Made by a program: the position numbers and the translations under genes. From Clostridia bacterium (GTDB taxonomy: Bacteria; Bacillota; Clostridia; UBA1212; UBA1255), in contig JAGCTF010000085.1 of the NCBI GenBank assembly GCA_017963755.1, positions 1 through 44,211 on the forward strand: a stretch of DNA of 44,211 nucleotides, given 5' to 3'. Of this stretch, positions 1 through 10,011 are shown piece after piece. The stretch's first letter is position 1, and each line of letters opens with the position of its first letter. Under the pieces are notes generated by a model. It was not told the DNA's origin. It saw only the letters and a list, made by a program, of their open reading frames with translations, and ran no database searches.

Positions 1-859
1 CGTCCATCAGCTCTTTTGTCACCCTGTAGGGAAGGAGGTCGTTTATTCGCTCCGCCCAGATGTCGTCAGGTTCTCCCATCGAGACCCACACGTCCGTATA
101 AATAACGTCAGCGCCCTTTACCGCTTTGGAAGGATCGGTAAGGAACGAAATGCTTCCGCCGGAAGAGCTGCAAAGAGATTTGCATTTCTCGACCAGTTCT
201 TTCGACGGAAAATATTTTTCAGGGGCACACGCCACGAAATCCATACCTGCTTTAGCACAGCCCACCATCAGGGAATTACCCATATTGTAACGCGCGTCGC
301 CCATATATACGAGTTTTTTACCTTTCAGAGTCCCGAAATGCTCACGTATCGTCAGAAAATCCGCAAGTATCTGCGTGGGATGGAATTCATTCGTAAGTCC
401 GTTCCAGACGGGGACGCCGGAATACTGCGCCAGTTCTTCAACGATGGACTGCCCGAATCCGCGGTATTCTATGCCGTCAAACATTCTTCCGAGCACGCGC
501 GCCGTATCGGCAATGCTTTCTTTCTTACCGATCTGCGAGCTCTTCGGGTCAAGGTATACAGGATGCATTCCCAGATCCGCGGCGGCAACTTCAAACGCGC
601 ACCTCGTCCTCGTGCTTGTTTTTTCGAAGATGAGGGCTATATTTTTTCCTTCGTGGATCCGGTGGGGGATACGCGCTTTCTTGAGCTTTTTCAACACTGC
701 GGAAAGGTCAAGCAGCGTACCGATCTCCTCTGCGCTGAAGTCGAGCAGTTTCAAAAAACATTTGCCCCTGAGTCCAGATGCCCGGTCAAGCACTTCGTAT
801 AGTTCCGCCAGCTGAGCGATCGCGCAGCCCTTAGATCCGTTCGTATATTTTTCCGACAT
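1..859 (-). CDS. argF: Ornithine carbamoyltransferase (3' end runs off the window)
   Basis: Not in the ORF track; translated by hand from ATG at 859 (RBS AGGAGG upstream): ...[13 protein letters not shown]...[13 protein letters not shown]...HPTQILAD...[10 protein letters not shown]...YTDVWVSMG. The STRT, HPxQ and SMG motifs are diagnostic of OTCase; it lies next to argG. Confidence 0.95.
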   Translation of the reverse strand, partial: MSEKYTNGSKGCAIAQLAELYEVLDRASGLRGKCFLKLLDFSAEEIGTLLDLSAVLKKLKKARIPHRIHEGKNIALIFEKTSTRTRCAFEVAAADLGMHPVYLDPKSSQIGKKESIADTARVLGRMFDGIEYRGFGQSIVEELAQYSGVPVWNGLTNEFHPTQILADFLTIREHFGTLKGKKLVYMGDARYNMGNSLMVGCAKAGMDFVACAPEKYFPSKELVEKCKSLCSSSGGSISFLTDPSKAVKGADVIYTDVWVSMGEPDDIWAERINDLLPYRVTKELMD

Positions 860-881
860 GAAGCAGTCCTCCTGATAATAA

Positions 882-935
882 CAAAAGTGTTTTGACTTTT
901 CCATATATGATACGGCAGTCAAAGCACTTTTGCAA
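882..935 (-). promoter_or_regulatory. 16-bp inverted repeat (terminator- or operator-like) overlapping a sigmaA-type promoter for argF
   Basis: Arms CAAAAGTGTTTTGACT (882-897) and AGTCAAAGCACTTTTG (917-932), 1 mismatch. On the minus strand: TTGCAA (935-930), 17 bp, TATCAT (912-907). Confidence 0.5.
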
Positions 936-953
936 GAAATGATTCTTATAATG

Positions 954-2183
954 TTATTCTATGCCGTTGGCCTGGGCGACCTGCGCCTGAACTTTTATAG
1001 GCAGACCGTACAGATTGATGAAGCCCGCCGCATCCGCCTGATTGTAAACGTTGTCCGCGCCGAAAGTAGCGAGTTCTTCGGAATAGAGCGCGTTCGGAGA
1101 CCAGACGCCCGCTTTGATAATATTGCCCTTGTAGAGCTTGAGTTTGACGGTGCCCGTAACTTTCTGCTGAGTGGAAGTGACGAATGCCGAGAGCGCCTCG
1201 CGAAGGGGAGTGAACCATTGACCGTTGTACACGAGTTCCGCGAATGTGATGGAAAGCTCCTGTTTTTTATGCATCGTCATTTTATCGAGCGTAAGCGTCT
1301 CTAAGTAATTATGTGCGGCATAAAGGATCGCGCCGCCGGGAGTTTCATAAACGCCCCTGCACTTCATTCCTACGAGCCTGTTCTCGATAATATCGAGGAG
1401 CCCGATGCCGTTCTTTCCGCCGATCTCGTTCAGCTTCAGCACGATCTCTTTCGCGGTCATTTTTTCTCCGCACAGCGCGATAGGTACGCCTTTTTCAAAA
1501 TCGAGCGTGATGTACGTCGGTTCATCCGGAGCGGCCATAGGGGAGACGCTCATTTCGAGGAATCCGGGTTTATCATACTGAGGTTCATTTCCCGCGTCTT
1601 CGAGGTCAAGTCCTTCGTGCGAAAGGTGCCACAGGTTCTTATCCTTCGAATAGTTTGTCTCGCGGTTGATCTTCAGCGGGATATTATGCGCTTCGGCGTA
1701 GTCGATCTCCTCTTCGCGGGATTTAATGGACCATTCACGCCAGGGGGCAATGACTTTCATGTCCGGTGCGAACGCTTTAATGGCGAGTTCGAAACGTACC
1801 TGATCGTTTCCTTTACCGGTGCAGCCGTGGGCAATAGCCTGAGCGCCTTCTTTTTTTGCGATCTCTACGATCCTTTTGGCGATGAGAGGTCTTGCGAATG
1901 ACGTTCCGAGCATGTACCCTTCGTACAGCGCTCCCGCCTGTACAGTAGGGATAATGTAGTCGTTTACGAATTCTTCAGTCAGATCTTCGATATAGATCTT
2001 GGAGGCGCCTGTTTTCAGCGCTTTCTCTTCGAGCCCTTCAAGCTCGTCCGCCTGACCTACGTTACCCGATACGGCGATAACTTCGCAGTTATTGTAGTTC
2101 TCCTTGAGCCACGGGATAATGATCGAGGTGTCAAGCCCGCCGGAGTATGCCAGTACTACTTTTTTGATGTCTTTCTTTTCCAT
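954..2183 (-). CDS. argG: Argininosuccinate synthase
   Basis: [24 protein letters not shown] and [18 protein letters not shown] motifs. Likely start MEKKDIKK at 2183 (alternative 2192). Confidence 0.97.
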   Translation of the reverse strand: MEKKDIKKVVLAYSGGLDTSIIIPWLKENYNNCEVIAVSGNVGQADELEGLEEKALKTGASKIYIEDLTEEFVNDYIIPTVQAGALYEGYMLGTSFARPLIAKRIVEIAKKEGAQAIAHGCTGKGNDQVRFELAIKAFAPDMKVIAPWREWSIKSREEEIDYAEAHNIPLKINRETNYSKDKNLWHLSHEGLDLEDAGNEPQYDKPGFLEMSVSPMAAPDEPTYITLDFEKGVPIALCGEKMTAKEIVLKLNEIGGKNGIGLLDIIENRLVGMKCRGVYETPGGAILYAAHNYLETLTLDKMTMHKKQELSITFAELVYNGQWFTPLREALSAFVTSTQQKVTGTVKLKLYKGNIIKAGVWSPNALYSEELATFGADNVYNQADAAGFINLYGLPIKVQAQVAQANGIE

Positions 2184-2251
2184 TCTTCTCATCCTGCCGT
2201 TTTCGTATGTTTTATGCCCGGATTATTTATCTCTCTCCGGAGCATGTCCCA

Positions 2252-2280
2252 ATGATACACCCGCGTTTCTGCTTTGTCAA
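2252..2280 (-). promoter_or_regulatory. sigmaA-type promoter of argG
   Basis: Minus strand: TTGACA (2280-2275), 17 bp, TATCAT (2257-2252). Confidence 0.65.
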
Positions 2281-2401
2281 TACCCTAAACGAAAAAATAT
2301 TCATTTTTTTTGAAAATTTTTTGAATATTTCCATTTGCCAATGAATAAACCGTGAAAATATCCAAGCGATACTGGCCGCCCGGAAGCACGCCCACGTTTA
2401 C

Positions 2402-2430
2402 TTGACAGTCTCCAGATAATATGTTATGTT
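2402..2430 (+). promoter_or_regulatory. sigmaA-type promoter of the Rhs gene
   Basis: TTGACA (2402-2407), 17 bp, TG-n-TATGTT (2425-2430). Confidence 0.55.
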
Positions 2431-2463
2431 TGCAATCGTAAATTTAGACAAAGTAAGGCATAT
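2414..2463 (+). repeat. 50-bp direct repeat, copy 1 (copy 2 at 9995-10044)
   Basis: AGATAATATGTTATGTTTGCAATCGTAAATTTAGACAAAGTAAGGCATAT; 45/50 identical to 9995-10044. Confidence 0.9.
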
Positions 2464-2494
2464 ATTTAGAGCAGTATTTCAGGGGGCAAGAGCT

Positions 2495-5400
2495 ATGAAC
2501 AGGTTAGAATCATTAGGCTTCATCAAATGGCGGGTCATTGCGGTTTTATTGATCATCACCCTCACTATTCAGCTGATCCCTTCCAGATTTGCAGATCTTA
2601 TACGGTCAAAAGTATGCGCTTCCGAAGAATCGGTATTTTGTGGCAACGAATATCCTGATCTTATTCCCGAGGTTAGTATTGAAGAAGATAATACTGATAT
2701 TTCTAAAGATAAAAAAGGACTTTCAGTAAACGGTGAACTCACAGATCTGAGGAGCAGACACAGTAAGACATACAGATTATCTGACGGCTCGTTTTACAGC
2801 ACTCAATTCAGCTATCCAATACATATCATCGAAGATGATCGCTGGATAGATGTGGATAATACGCTTATTTCGGATCCGGACTGCGGCAGGGTCAAAAATA
2901 CAAAAGGAGTATTCAATGTCAGTTTTCCTCAAATCATTACTCGGGATAAGGAGCAGACCGAAGAAAACAGTATAAGCGTTTCTGGTGAGCAGGGCGGCAT
3001 TTCGTATACTCTTTCTTTACCGGGGCTTACAAATGGACCTTCGTACGAATCATTCGCTGATATTATTCCGGAAACGAAGGATGAAAATACTCAAGATCTT
3101 TCAGTACTTCAGCAATTAGAATTGCTTCCAGCTCTTGAATCCGGTTTGAAATACAGCAACATCACAGATGGAATCAGCCTTGAGTACACTGTAACACCAG
3201 GCGGCATTAAAGAAAACATAATGCTCGAATCTGCGCCTTCAGTAGAATTGCTTGATCAGGGATTTCTTTATAGTTTTGATACAAAAGACCTGATTCCGGA
3301 GCTCGAAGAAAATCGAATCATATTTTTGAATGAGGATGGATATCCTGTCTGTATTTTTTCTGCTCCACTTATGTATGACAGTGCCGGAGCAGTTTCGGAT
3401 AATCTGACTCTCTCTCTTGAAGAAAAAGACGACGGCCTTTTTGAAGTCCGTCTTCTTGCCGATACAGACTGGATCATGGACAGCAAGCGTGTGTTCCCAA
3501 TCGTGATCGATCCGGAGGTAACTGTTGAAGATTCCGAAGTAATCGATTCGGCAGCTACTTTTGATTCGTCGGATAACAGTGTGGCTGCCGGTGTAGCTGT
3601 GGCCGGAGCAAATAAACATGCTGCAGTGAGGCTTAACTGGCCTGAACTGCCGCCGTTTGCTCTGCCTGTAGAAGCAAACTTTAGAGTGAATCACGGCGCA
3701 GTTAATTACAGCGACTGTTATTTGTCCGCGACTGCAGTGAATGAAAACTGGACTGTTTCCGGTCTTGCAAACGGTCTTCCGGCGCATGAACAATTTCCGT
3801 TTCAGCACTTTCATCATATGTTTTACGCTTCTTCATATTTTACACTCGACGTGACTGGGGAAGCAAAAAAGAACTACATTTATGCTCAGAACTATGGTTT
3901 TTTAATCGAAAGCTCAGGCCTGACATCACCTGCAACTCTGTTTTATGCATCAAATATTGAGGCTACTGTTCTGACACTAAGATATCTCAATTACCAGGGT
4001 CTTGAGGAACAATGGAACACACATGCCGCTTCTGTTTCGGATATGTCCGGAACAATATACGTTAAAGATGCTTTCGGCGATTTTGTATATGTTCATGACG
4101 ATCTGACTACTCCGGGAGACGTTCTTCCGCTCAGTGTTAGTCATATATTTAATTTTACTGATGGAAAAGATGAGTTCGGCTATGGCTACGGATTCAGGCT
4201 AAGCCTCTGCAGGACGCTTGAATTTAATCCGGATATCGACGGGTACATCTATACTGACGAAGACGGGACAAAGCATTATTTCCTTTATTCTTCGCAAAAT
4301 GAATATTTGCTGGAAGAAGACCATTCCGTTAAAATAAAAACAGACTCAGGGATTCCGTATATAGTCTGGCCGGATTCAAGCAGACTGACGTTCGGCGATT
4401 CACAAAATAATATTTTGTACGCCTCATCGTATACCGATTACCGGGATATACAGCAGACCTTTCAATACACGTTATTGTCCGGCAGGAAACTTATGACGAA
4501 AGCCATTGACGGCGCCGGTAATTATCTGCAGTTTACATATAATTCCTCCGGTATGCTCACCGGGATAAATGTAAACGGGAGCACAACCAGAAAGTTAACT
4601 TTTACATATGACAGCGGTAAACTGAGCCGCATTACTTATCCGGACTCATCGTACACAGAATTCTACAGTACGTCGCGAACGGTAAACGGAAAAGCGTATT
4701 ATTATCCAAAAAGAATAGTTGATCCGTCCGGTGTTATGATGCGAGTCGCCGTCAGCAGCGGCACACTGAGAGTCAGCAAAATTTATAAAAAAGCGGCAGG
4801 AAGCGGAGACAGTACGGTCGTTGACGCGGATTATGCATTATTTACATATGAACCGTCACGGACAACCGTAAAATACGGATTTGGCAGTCATGAAACAGGC
4901 TCGGAAATAATCAGCTTCGATTATTACGGCAGAGCGGTCAATGCGTTGGATGATAAAGGCAATTCTGTTATTCTTAATTATGACGATACTAATAACGTAT
5001 TTAATAATATAAACAAAGTCCATTCAGAATTGACCGCCGGTCCGAATTATCTTAAAAACTCATCGTTTGAATACGCGAGTCTGTTAAACTGGAGTTTATA
5101 CAGTGGATCGTCCTCCGCAGTAAAATCCGCAGAATACATTTTCCCGGGATTATGCTTCGGATCGAACGTTATGAAATTGACTTCAAACCAGAGTTCAGGC
5201 TATACCGGATACGTCCAGAGCTTATCTTTGAGTTCGGGAACATATACTGCAAGTGTTTATTGCAATGCTTCTTCAGGCACCGGTTCCGGAGGTGCGGTTA
5301 TTGCGTTCATATACAACGATGCAAGTGGAATTACGCAAACTGTAAGCAGTATTCCTGAAAAAGGAAACGGCAGGATGCAGGTGACTTTTACTGTGCCTGC

Positions 5401-8400
5401 CGGAACGTCATCGCAAAAGCTGCTTTTGGGGACGTACAATTACACAGGAACCGTTTACTTTGATGCAGCGCAGGTAGAAACAGGCGGAAGAGCTTCGTAT
5501 TACAATGCTGTTGAAAACGGAGGAGCGCTGTATTCCGTAAGCGGCAATTGGAGCGGAGATATCTCCATAACCACAACTGCGGGGCGAAGCGGATACGTCC
5601 TTTACCTGAGCGGGTCAACTGCTGTTAACCGTTCAGGGGAGCAGCGTATTTATATTTCCAAGACAGATAGCGCGAAACAGTATATACGGCTGTCCGGATG
5701 GTACAAAGCGCCTAACTACTATAATGTCAGAAACGCTAATATTCAGGTCTCGTTTTACAATTCCTCCGGAAGTATTATAAGCGGCAAAACTAAAACAGTT
5801 TATCCGGACAATAATCTGACAGACTGGCAGTATCTTTCAGAATCGTTTTCTGTCAATTTCCCATATTCATATGTAAAAATTACGCTTAATAATTATGGGC
5901 CGGGATATGTTTATTTCGATGACGTGTCATTAATCGCCGAAACGTCATACGAAGATTTTGATATTGACGCCGAATATACATATAACCAGTTCGGATGGGT
6001 CGAAACAGAGACTGCCGCCGACAGATCGGTGACAGATCATACATATTATACCGACTCTGCATCTTCGCTTTTCGGCCGGATAAGAGAAGAACTTACTGCA
6101 GATAAATACGGAAATGAAACTTTTACGGAATATATATACTCGTCATATTATAACGAAGTAACGGATCTGCAATACGTTACATCTGTATATACTCCTTCTG
6201 ACGATGATCTTGAACCGGTTACGACGGTCACGGAGTATCAGTACGGGAATGAAAATACTGATTCGGCGAAATACTGTGGTCATCCGACGCTGATTTTTAC
6301 CAAAGTCAGAGAAGGAAACGGCAATTACAGCGTCACGGAGTACAGTACAAAGAATTACAGATCGGATATGCTGCTTTCCTCAGAAACAGATCTTTTCGGA
6401 ACGGTGACGTCGTATTCCTACAATTCCTACGGCGAACTTACGTCAGTTACACAGAATGGCAGTCCCACGACGTATACGTATGATTCTATGGGACGCGTTA
6501 CGGGAACATCGGGTAAGGCGAGAGTCGGGACAACGAATAATTCTACGGTAAGTGTTTCATTTGCATACAATGCCGGCAGACTCGGCACGATTACACGGTC
6601 TAACAGCTATTACGGTTTAAATTATGACTCCCTTGGGCGTTCGCTGTCCGTGACAGTAAACCGCACGTCGGGCGGCAATACTTCATCAACAGCTATCGCA
6701 AATTACACGTACAGTTCTTCAAACGGGCTCGTTTCCAGGCTGACGTACGGAAACGGGAAATACAAAGATTATACATATAACGCGGCCGGTCAGGTAACCG
6801 CGATCGATTATTCCGGCACTTCCGGTACTGACTATACAAACACATATTCCAATGCCGGCGATGCAATAACAAGGTATAACTCTTTGGAAAATATAACAAA
6901 GAGTTATTCATATGACAGCTCAGGCCGCCCTGTTTACACCGCCTTTTCTAACGGGAAAAGTCTTAAATACACTTATTTAGATAAAAACGATGAATCGTCC
7001 GTCACTTTCCGCGGACTCGCCGCGCAGCCGGATAAATTCAATTACAGGACGTATCCGGCTCAAAGATATACACAAACCGGCTTCAGCGGAAATGTGACCA
7101 CAGAGGCATACAGGTATTTTGATGAGTTCGGAAGACTTTCGTATACAAAAGCAGGTAATAGTGCTATATTGAAAACAGATCTTACATATTTGACGGCAGG
7201 AACTTATCTTGATCAGTCGACATTTAACTATTACAGCAAACTGACAGGCAGAGTCGGTTCTGTGAGTTTTACAAAAAAAGCCTCAAATTCAAACAGTTAT
7301 GTTTCCGTTTCCGGGCTGCCTACGCTGACTTATACTTATGATGCCAAAGGAAACATCGAAACGATATCCGAGGGCGGAGTACTGAAGGTCAAGTATTATT
7401 ACGACGCTCAGAATCAGCTCATACGCGAGGACAATAAGTATTTAAACAACGGCGATGGATACACAGTCGAGTATCGGTATAACGCAGACGGAAATATGAC
7501 TGCCAAGCTTCCTTATGCCTACACAACGGGCAGCACATTCCCGTATGAGTATAGCAATTCCATCGCTCCTTTATATATTAGTTACTCCGCAAGCAATGGC
7601 TGGCGTGACCAGATGACAAGCTATAACGGAAATACTGTAACGTACGACGGAGCGGGCAATATATTGTCATACAACAACGGCGCGTCAATGACGCTTACAT
7701 GGACTCAGGGGAACCGCCTTGCGTCTGTTAACAGAGCCGGTACAACAAGCTCATACCTATATGATGAAAACGGATACCGGACAAGAAAAACAGTTGGTTC
7801 AACGGTTTATACCTATATTTGGGACGGTGAGCGCCTGGTTTCTCAAGATACCGGTACCGCCGGAAGTGAAATTGTTTTTCTATATGATGACTCCGGCAAT
7901 ATGTTTGGTTTCAGAAGAGCCAATACAGTATATTACTACGCTAAAAATTTGCAGGGTGACGTAATCGCAATACTGAACAGTAGCATGAATGTGGTTGCGA
8001 AATATACCTACGACAGCTGGGGAAAGTTGATATCCATAGCAGACGGTAACGGCAACAATATAACCAATAGCACTTCGACCATAGGGTATATAAACCCGAT
8101 AAGGTATCGCAGCTATTATTACGATAATGAGGCAGGATTGTACTACCTGAAGAGCAGATATTATGATCCGGAGATAAACAGGTTTATGAGTGCGGATTTG
8201 GTGATAGGTTCTAATTATTCAGTTATAGGATATAACATGTACATTTATTGTAGTAATAATCCTGTTAATTTTGTTGATCCCTCCGGGAATATTCCTATTG
8301 GCTTAATAATTGCAGCACTTTTTCTCTTCACTCCCGTTGGCGGCACAGCACTACAGATAATAGCATCTGCCGTTTCATATTTAGGAATGTTAGTTGTGTC

Positions 8401-8875
8401 AGTATTTGACAAAGAGGTTAGAGATGATTTAAAATCCATCAAATATAACCCTTTTAATGTCAAAGAAAACAAAGTGTTGTCTTCCCAAAAAGTGTCTTTC
8501 TACAAAGGCGTTCCTGTGTTTAGAACAAATGGAAAAAGATCTGGCACATTTGGCGGCATTTTTTTAAAGAGAGGTGAAACAGAAACTGAACTAAAGCACG
8601 AGAGGGGTCATAGCTGGCAGTTGATGATGATGGGTATTGTTACATATGCTATAACTGTAGCAATTCCTTCGGCTGGCGTTTTGGGTGGATATGATGGAAG
8701 ACCCGACTTAGGAAGGGAGGCATATTATTATGCGCCTTGGGAGACTATGGCTGATATTTTAGGAGGGACGTCTCATGGACAATCAGATAAATATATCACG
8801 GATGCATGGATTTATTATATTACAGGACATTTGATTATCCCAGCTTTCTTTTGGTGGGGAGACGATCCAAAGTAA
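2495..8875 (+). CDS. Secreted WapA-like RHS/YD-repeat polymorphic toxin with C-terminal HExxH domain
   Basis: N-terminal hydrophobic signal; two CBM-like beta domains (NYLKNSSFE...YFDAAQVE; ...YFDDVSL); many YD repeats; RHS core NPIRYRSYYYDNEAGLYYLKSRYYDP...NNPVNFVDPSG; divergent tip with HERGH. Start 2495 follows a GGGGG RBS (ORF track start 2426). Confidence 0.92.
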   Translation: MNRLESLGFIKWRVIAVLLIITLTIQLIPSRFADLIRSKVCASEESVFCGNEYPDLIPEVSIEEDNTDISKDKKGLSVNGELTDLRSRHSKTYRLSDGSFYSTQFSYPIHIIEDDRWIDVDNTLISDPDCGRVKNTKGVFNVSFPQIITRDKEQTEENSISVSGEQGGISYTLSLPGLTNGPSYESFADIIPETKDENTQDLSVLQQLELLPALESGLKYSNITDGISLEYTVTPGGIKENIMLESAPSVELLDQGFLYSFDTKDLIPELEENRIIFLNEDGYPVCIFSAPLMYDSAGAVSDNLTLSLEEKDDGLFEVRLLADTDWIMDSKRVFPIVIDPEVTVEDSEVIDSAATFDSSDNSVAAGVAVAGANKHAAVRLNWPELPPFALPVEANFRVNHGAVNYSDCYLSATAVNENWTVSGLANGLPAHEQFPFQHFHHMFYASSYFTLDVTGEAKKNYIYAQNYGFLIESSGLTSPATLFYASNIEATVLTLRYLNYQGLEEQWNTHAASVSDMSGTIYVKDAFGDFVYVHDDLTTPGDVLPLSVSHIFNFTDGKDEFGYGYGFRLSLCRTLEFNPDIDGYIYTDEDGTKHYFLYSSQNEYLLEEDHSVKIKTDSGIPYIVWPDSSRLTFGDSQNNILYASSYTDYRDIQQTFQYTLLSGRKLMTKAIDGAGNYLQFTYNSSGMLTGINVNGSTTRKLTFTYDSGKLSRITYPDSSYTEFYSTSRTVNGKAYYYPKRIVDPSGVMMRVAVSSGTLRVSKIYKKAAGSGDSTVVDADYALFTYEPSRTTVKYGFGSHETGSEIISFDYYGRAVNALDDKGNSVILNYDDTNNVFNNINKVHSELTAGPNYLKNSSFEYASLLNWSLYSGSSSAVKSAEYIFPGLCFGSNVMKLTSNQSSGYTGYVQSLSLSSGTYTASVYCNASSGTGSGGAVIAFIYNDASGITQTVSSIPEKGNGRMQVTFTVPAGTSSQKLLLGTYNYTGTVYFDAAQVETGGRASYYNAVENGGALYSVSGNWSGDISITTTAGRSGYVLYLSGSTAVNRSGEQRIYISKTDSAKQYIRLSGWYKAPNYYNVRNANIQVSFYNSSGSIISGKTKTVYPDNNLTDWQYLSESFSVNFPYSYVKITLNNYGPGYVYFDDVSLIAETSYEDFDIDAEYTYNQFGWVETETAADRSVTDHTYYTDSASSLFGRIREELTADKYGNETFTEYIYSSYYNEVTDLQYVTSVYTPSDDDLEPVTTVTEYQYGNENTDSAKYCGHPTLIFTKVREGNGNYSVTEYSTKNYRSDMLLSSETDLFGTVTSYSYNSYGELTSVTQNGSPTTYTYDSMGRVTGTSGKARVGTTNNSTVSVSFAYNAGRLGTITRSNSYYGLNYDSLGRSLSVTVNRTSGGNTSSTAIANYTYSSSNGLVSRLTYGNGKYKDYTYNAAGQVTAIDYSGTSGTDYTNTYSNAGDAITRYNSLENITKSYSYDSSGRPVYTAFSNGKSLKYTYLDKNDESSVTFRGLAAQPDKFNYRTYPAQRYTQTGFSGNVTTEAYRYFDEFGRLSYTKAGNSAILKTDLTYLTAGTYLDQSTFNYYSKLTGRVGSVSFTKKASNSNSYVSVSGLPTLTYTYDAKGNIETISEGGVLKVKYYYDAQNQLIREDNKYLNNGDGYTVEYRYNADGNMTAKLPYAYTTGSTFPYEYSNSIAPLYISYSASNGWRDQMTSYNGNTVTYDGAGNILSYNNGASMTLTWTQGNRLASVNRAGTTSSYLYDENGYRTRKTVGSTVYTYIWDGERLVSQDTGTAGSEIVFLYDDSGNMFGFRRANTVYYYAKNLQGDVIAILNSSMNVVAKYTYDSWGKLISIADGNGNNITNSTSTIGYINPIRYRSYYYDNEAGLYYLKSRYYDPEINRFMSADLVIGSNYSVIGYNMYIYCSNNPVNFVDPSGNIPIGLIIAALFLFTPVGGTALQIIASAVSYLGMLVVSVFDKEVRDDLKSIKYNPFNVKENKVLSSQKVSFYKGVPVFRTNGKRSGTFGGIFLKRGETETELKHERGHSWQLMMMGIVTYAITVAIPSAGVLGGYDGRPDLGREAYYYAPWETMADILGGTSHGQSDKYITDAWIYYITGHLIIPAFFWWGDDPK

Positions 8876-8894
8876 TATTGACAAGGAGGCAGTT

Positions 8895-9470
8895 ATGAAA
8901 AGAAAGTTTATTCCCCTTTTTAGTATAGTTATACTATGTTTTATTTTGGCATCCTGCTGTTTTGTAGCGTGGGACCCGGGTAAGTTTAGGATATCTGACG
9001 AACTAGTTTCGAATGATATTAAGGAAATTAATTACATAATTCTTAATACAAATGTTCCTGTGCTCAAATATCCGAGGGAAATAAATCAACCTGAAGCAGA
9101 TATCGATCTCGAAAGTATAGAAGTAATAACTACACTTGATGGCGAAAGAATAACAACGTTTTTTACAGAATTATCAGAACTTTCATTTTGGGTGGCATAT
9201 CCGTTTAACGTTAGAAAATATCCAGAAACTCCATTTGGGCAAGGCGCTCAGATAAAACTCACAGATGGCTCTTTTTATTTAATAACTTATTATAATGATA
9301 TGAATAATACCAAAGGAGGATATACCGGCAGAATCGATTTATATGATAAAAACGGAGGGCATTTGAGATGTTGCTCAAATTTTAATTATGCTTACGACTT
9401 TGAAGCTTTAATGTTAAAATATTTTGATAATTATATAGCTATCCTTCCAGAATTGCCTACGGTGAAGTGA
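8895..9470 (+). CDS. Putative lipoprotein, candidate cognate immunity protein
   Basis: Starts 19 bp after the Rhs stop, strong AAGGAGG RBS, signal peptide with lipobox-like LASC, AT-rich like the toxin tip. The immunity role is inferred from position. Confidence 0.65.
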   Translation: MKRKFIPLFSIVILCFILASCCFVAWDPGKFRISDELVSNDIKEINYIILNTNVPVLKYPREINQPEADIDLESIEVITTLDGERITTFFTELSELSFWVAYPFNVRKYPETPFGQGAQIKLTDGSFYLITYYNDMNNTKGGYTGRIDLYDKNGGHLRCCSNFNYAYDFEALMLKYFDNYIAILPELPTVK

Positions 9471-9567
9471 AAAGTTAAAATCTACTCTCGGATTCTGCAA
9501 AAAAGAAGACTTTACTCTTACACTTTTGCAAGAAAAATTTAGTTTTTCTTATCACTTTTAGCAGAAT

Positions 9568-9629
9568 TTGCAGGCGTTGTAAAGGCATCGGCTTCGCCTC
9601 GTTTGAAACGGCCTTGACACCCCCTGCAA
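9568..9629. repeat. Imperfect inverted repeat / hairpin, probably a mobile-element remnant
   Basis: TTGCAGGCGTTGTAAAGGC ... GCCTTGACACCCCCTGCAA arms enclosing a GGC-TTC-GCC mini-hairpin. Confidence 0.45.
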
Positions 9630-9965
9630 GGAAGATGCTATTATTCAGATTCACTCAGATCCATTCCCGGAAGAAGCCTTCTGAAAATATGCAGTCAATA
9701 AAGTTTGGCGCACCGGAATATTGAGATGCAGCACTGGATTCTTGATGTTCAATTGAAGGAAGATAGATAGAGATATTTCGAGAAAAGATAATGCAGTTAA
9801 AAACAACTCGATTATTAAAAGATTTGGCATGCACGTTAAGAATAACTGCAAATTCAAAGAGTACAGGCTTTCAAATTTTTCATGAATAATCTGTTCAAGA
9901 TTGAGAATGTAACAGAAATCCTTGCTGCTCAAACCAATAATCCTTCTTCATGCCTTTGCGATAGC
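9630..9965 (+). pseudogene. ISAs1-family (H-repeat type) transposase C-terminal remnant
   Basis: Frameshifted translation from 9708: AHRNIEMQHWILDVQLKEDR* then RKDNAVKNNSIIKRF. This matches the ISAs1 C-terminal motif HWxIEnxLHWxLDVxxxED...N. Contains stops and frameshifts. Confidence 0.65.
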
Positions 9966-9982
9966 CCGTTTTGCTTGGCCGG

Positions 9983-10011
9983 TTTACATTGCTAAGATAA
10001 TATGTTAAAAT
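9983..10011 (+). promoter_or_regulatory. sigmaA-type promoter for the 10145 gene (paralog of the Rhs promoter)
   Basis: TTTACA (9983-9988), 17 bp, TG-n-TAAAAT (10006-10011). Confidence 0.6.

Noticed and set aside
338-815. Plus-strand ORFs 338-802 and 375-815
   Set aside because: Antisense shadows of argF, which has clear OTCase motifs on the minus strand.
2295-2350. ArgR (ARG box) operator in the AT-rich AAATATTCA...TGAATATTT region
   Set aside because: Half-sites are oriented and spaced unlike TGAATA-N-TATTCA boxes and lie upstream of the -35; not supportable by eye.
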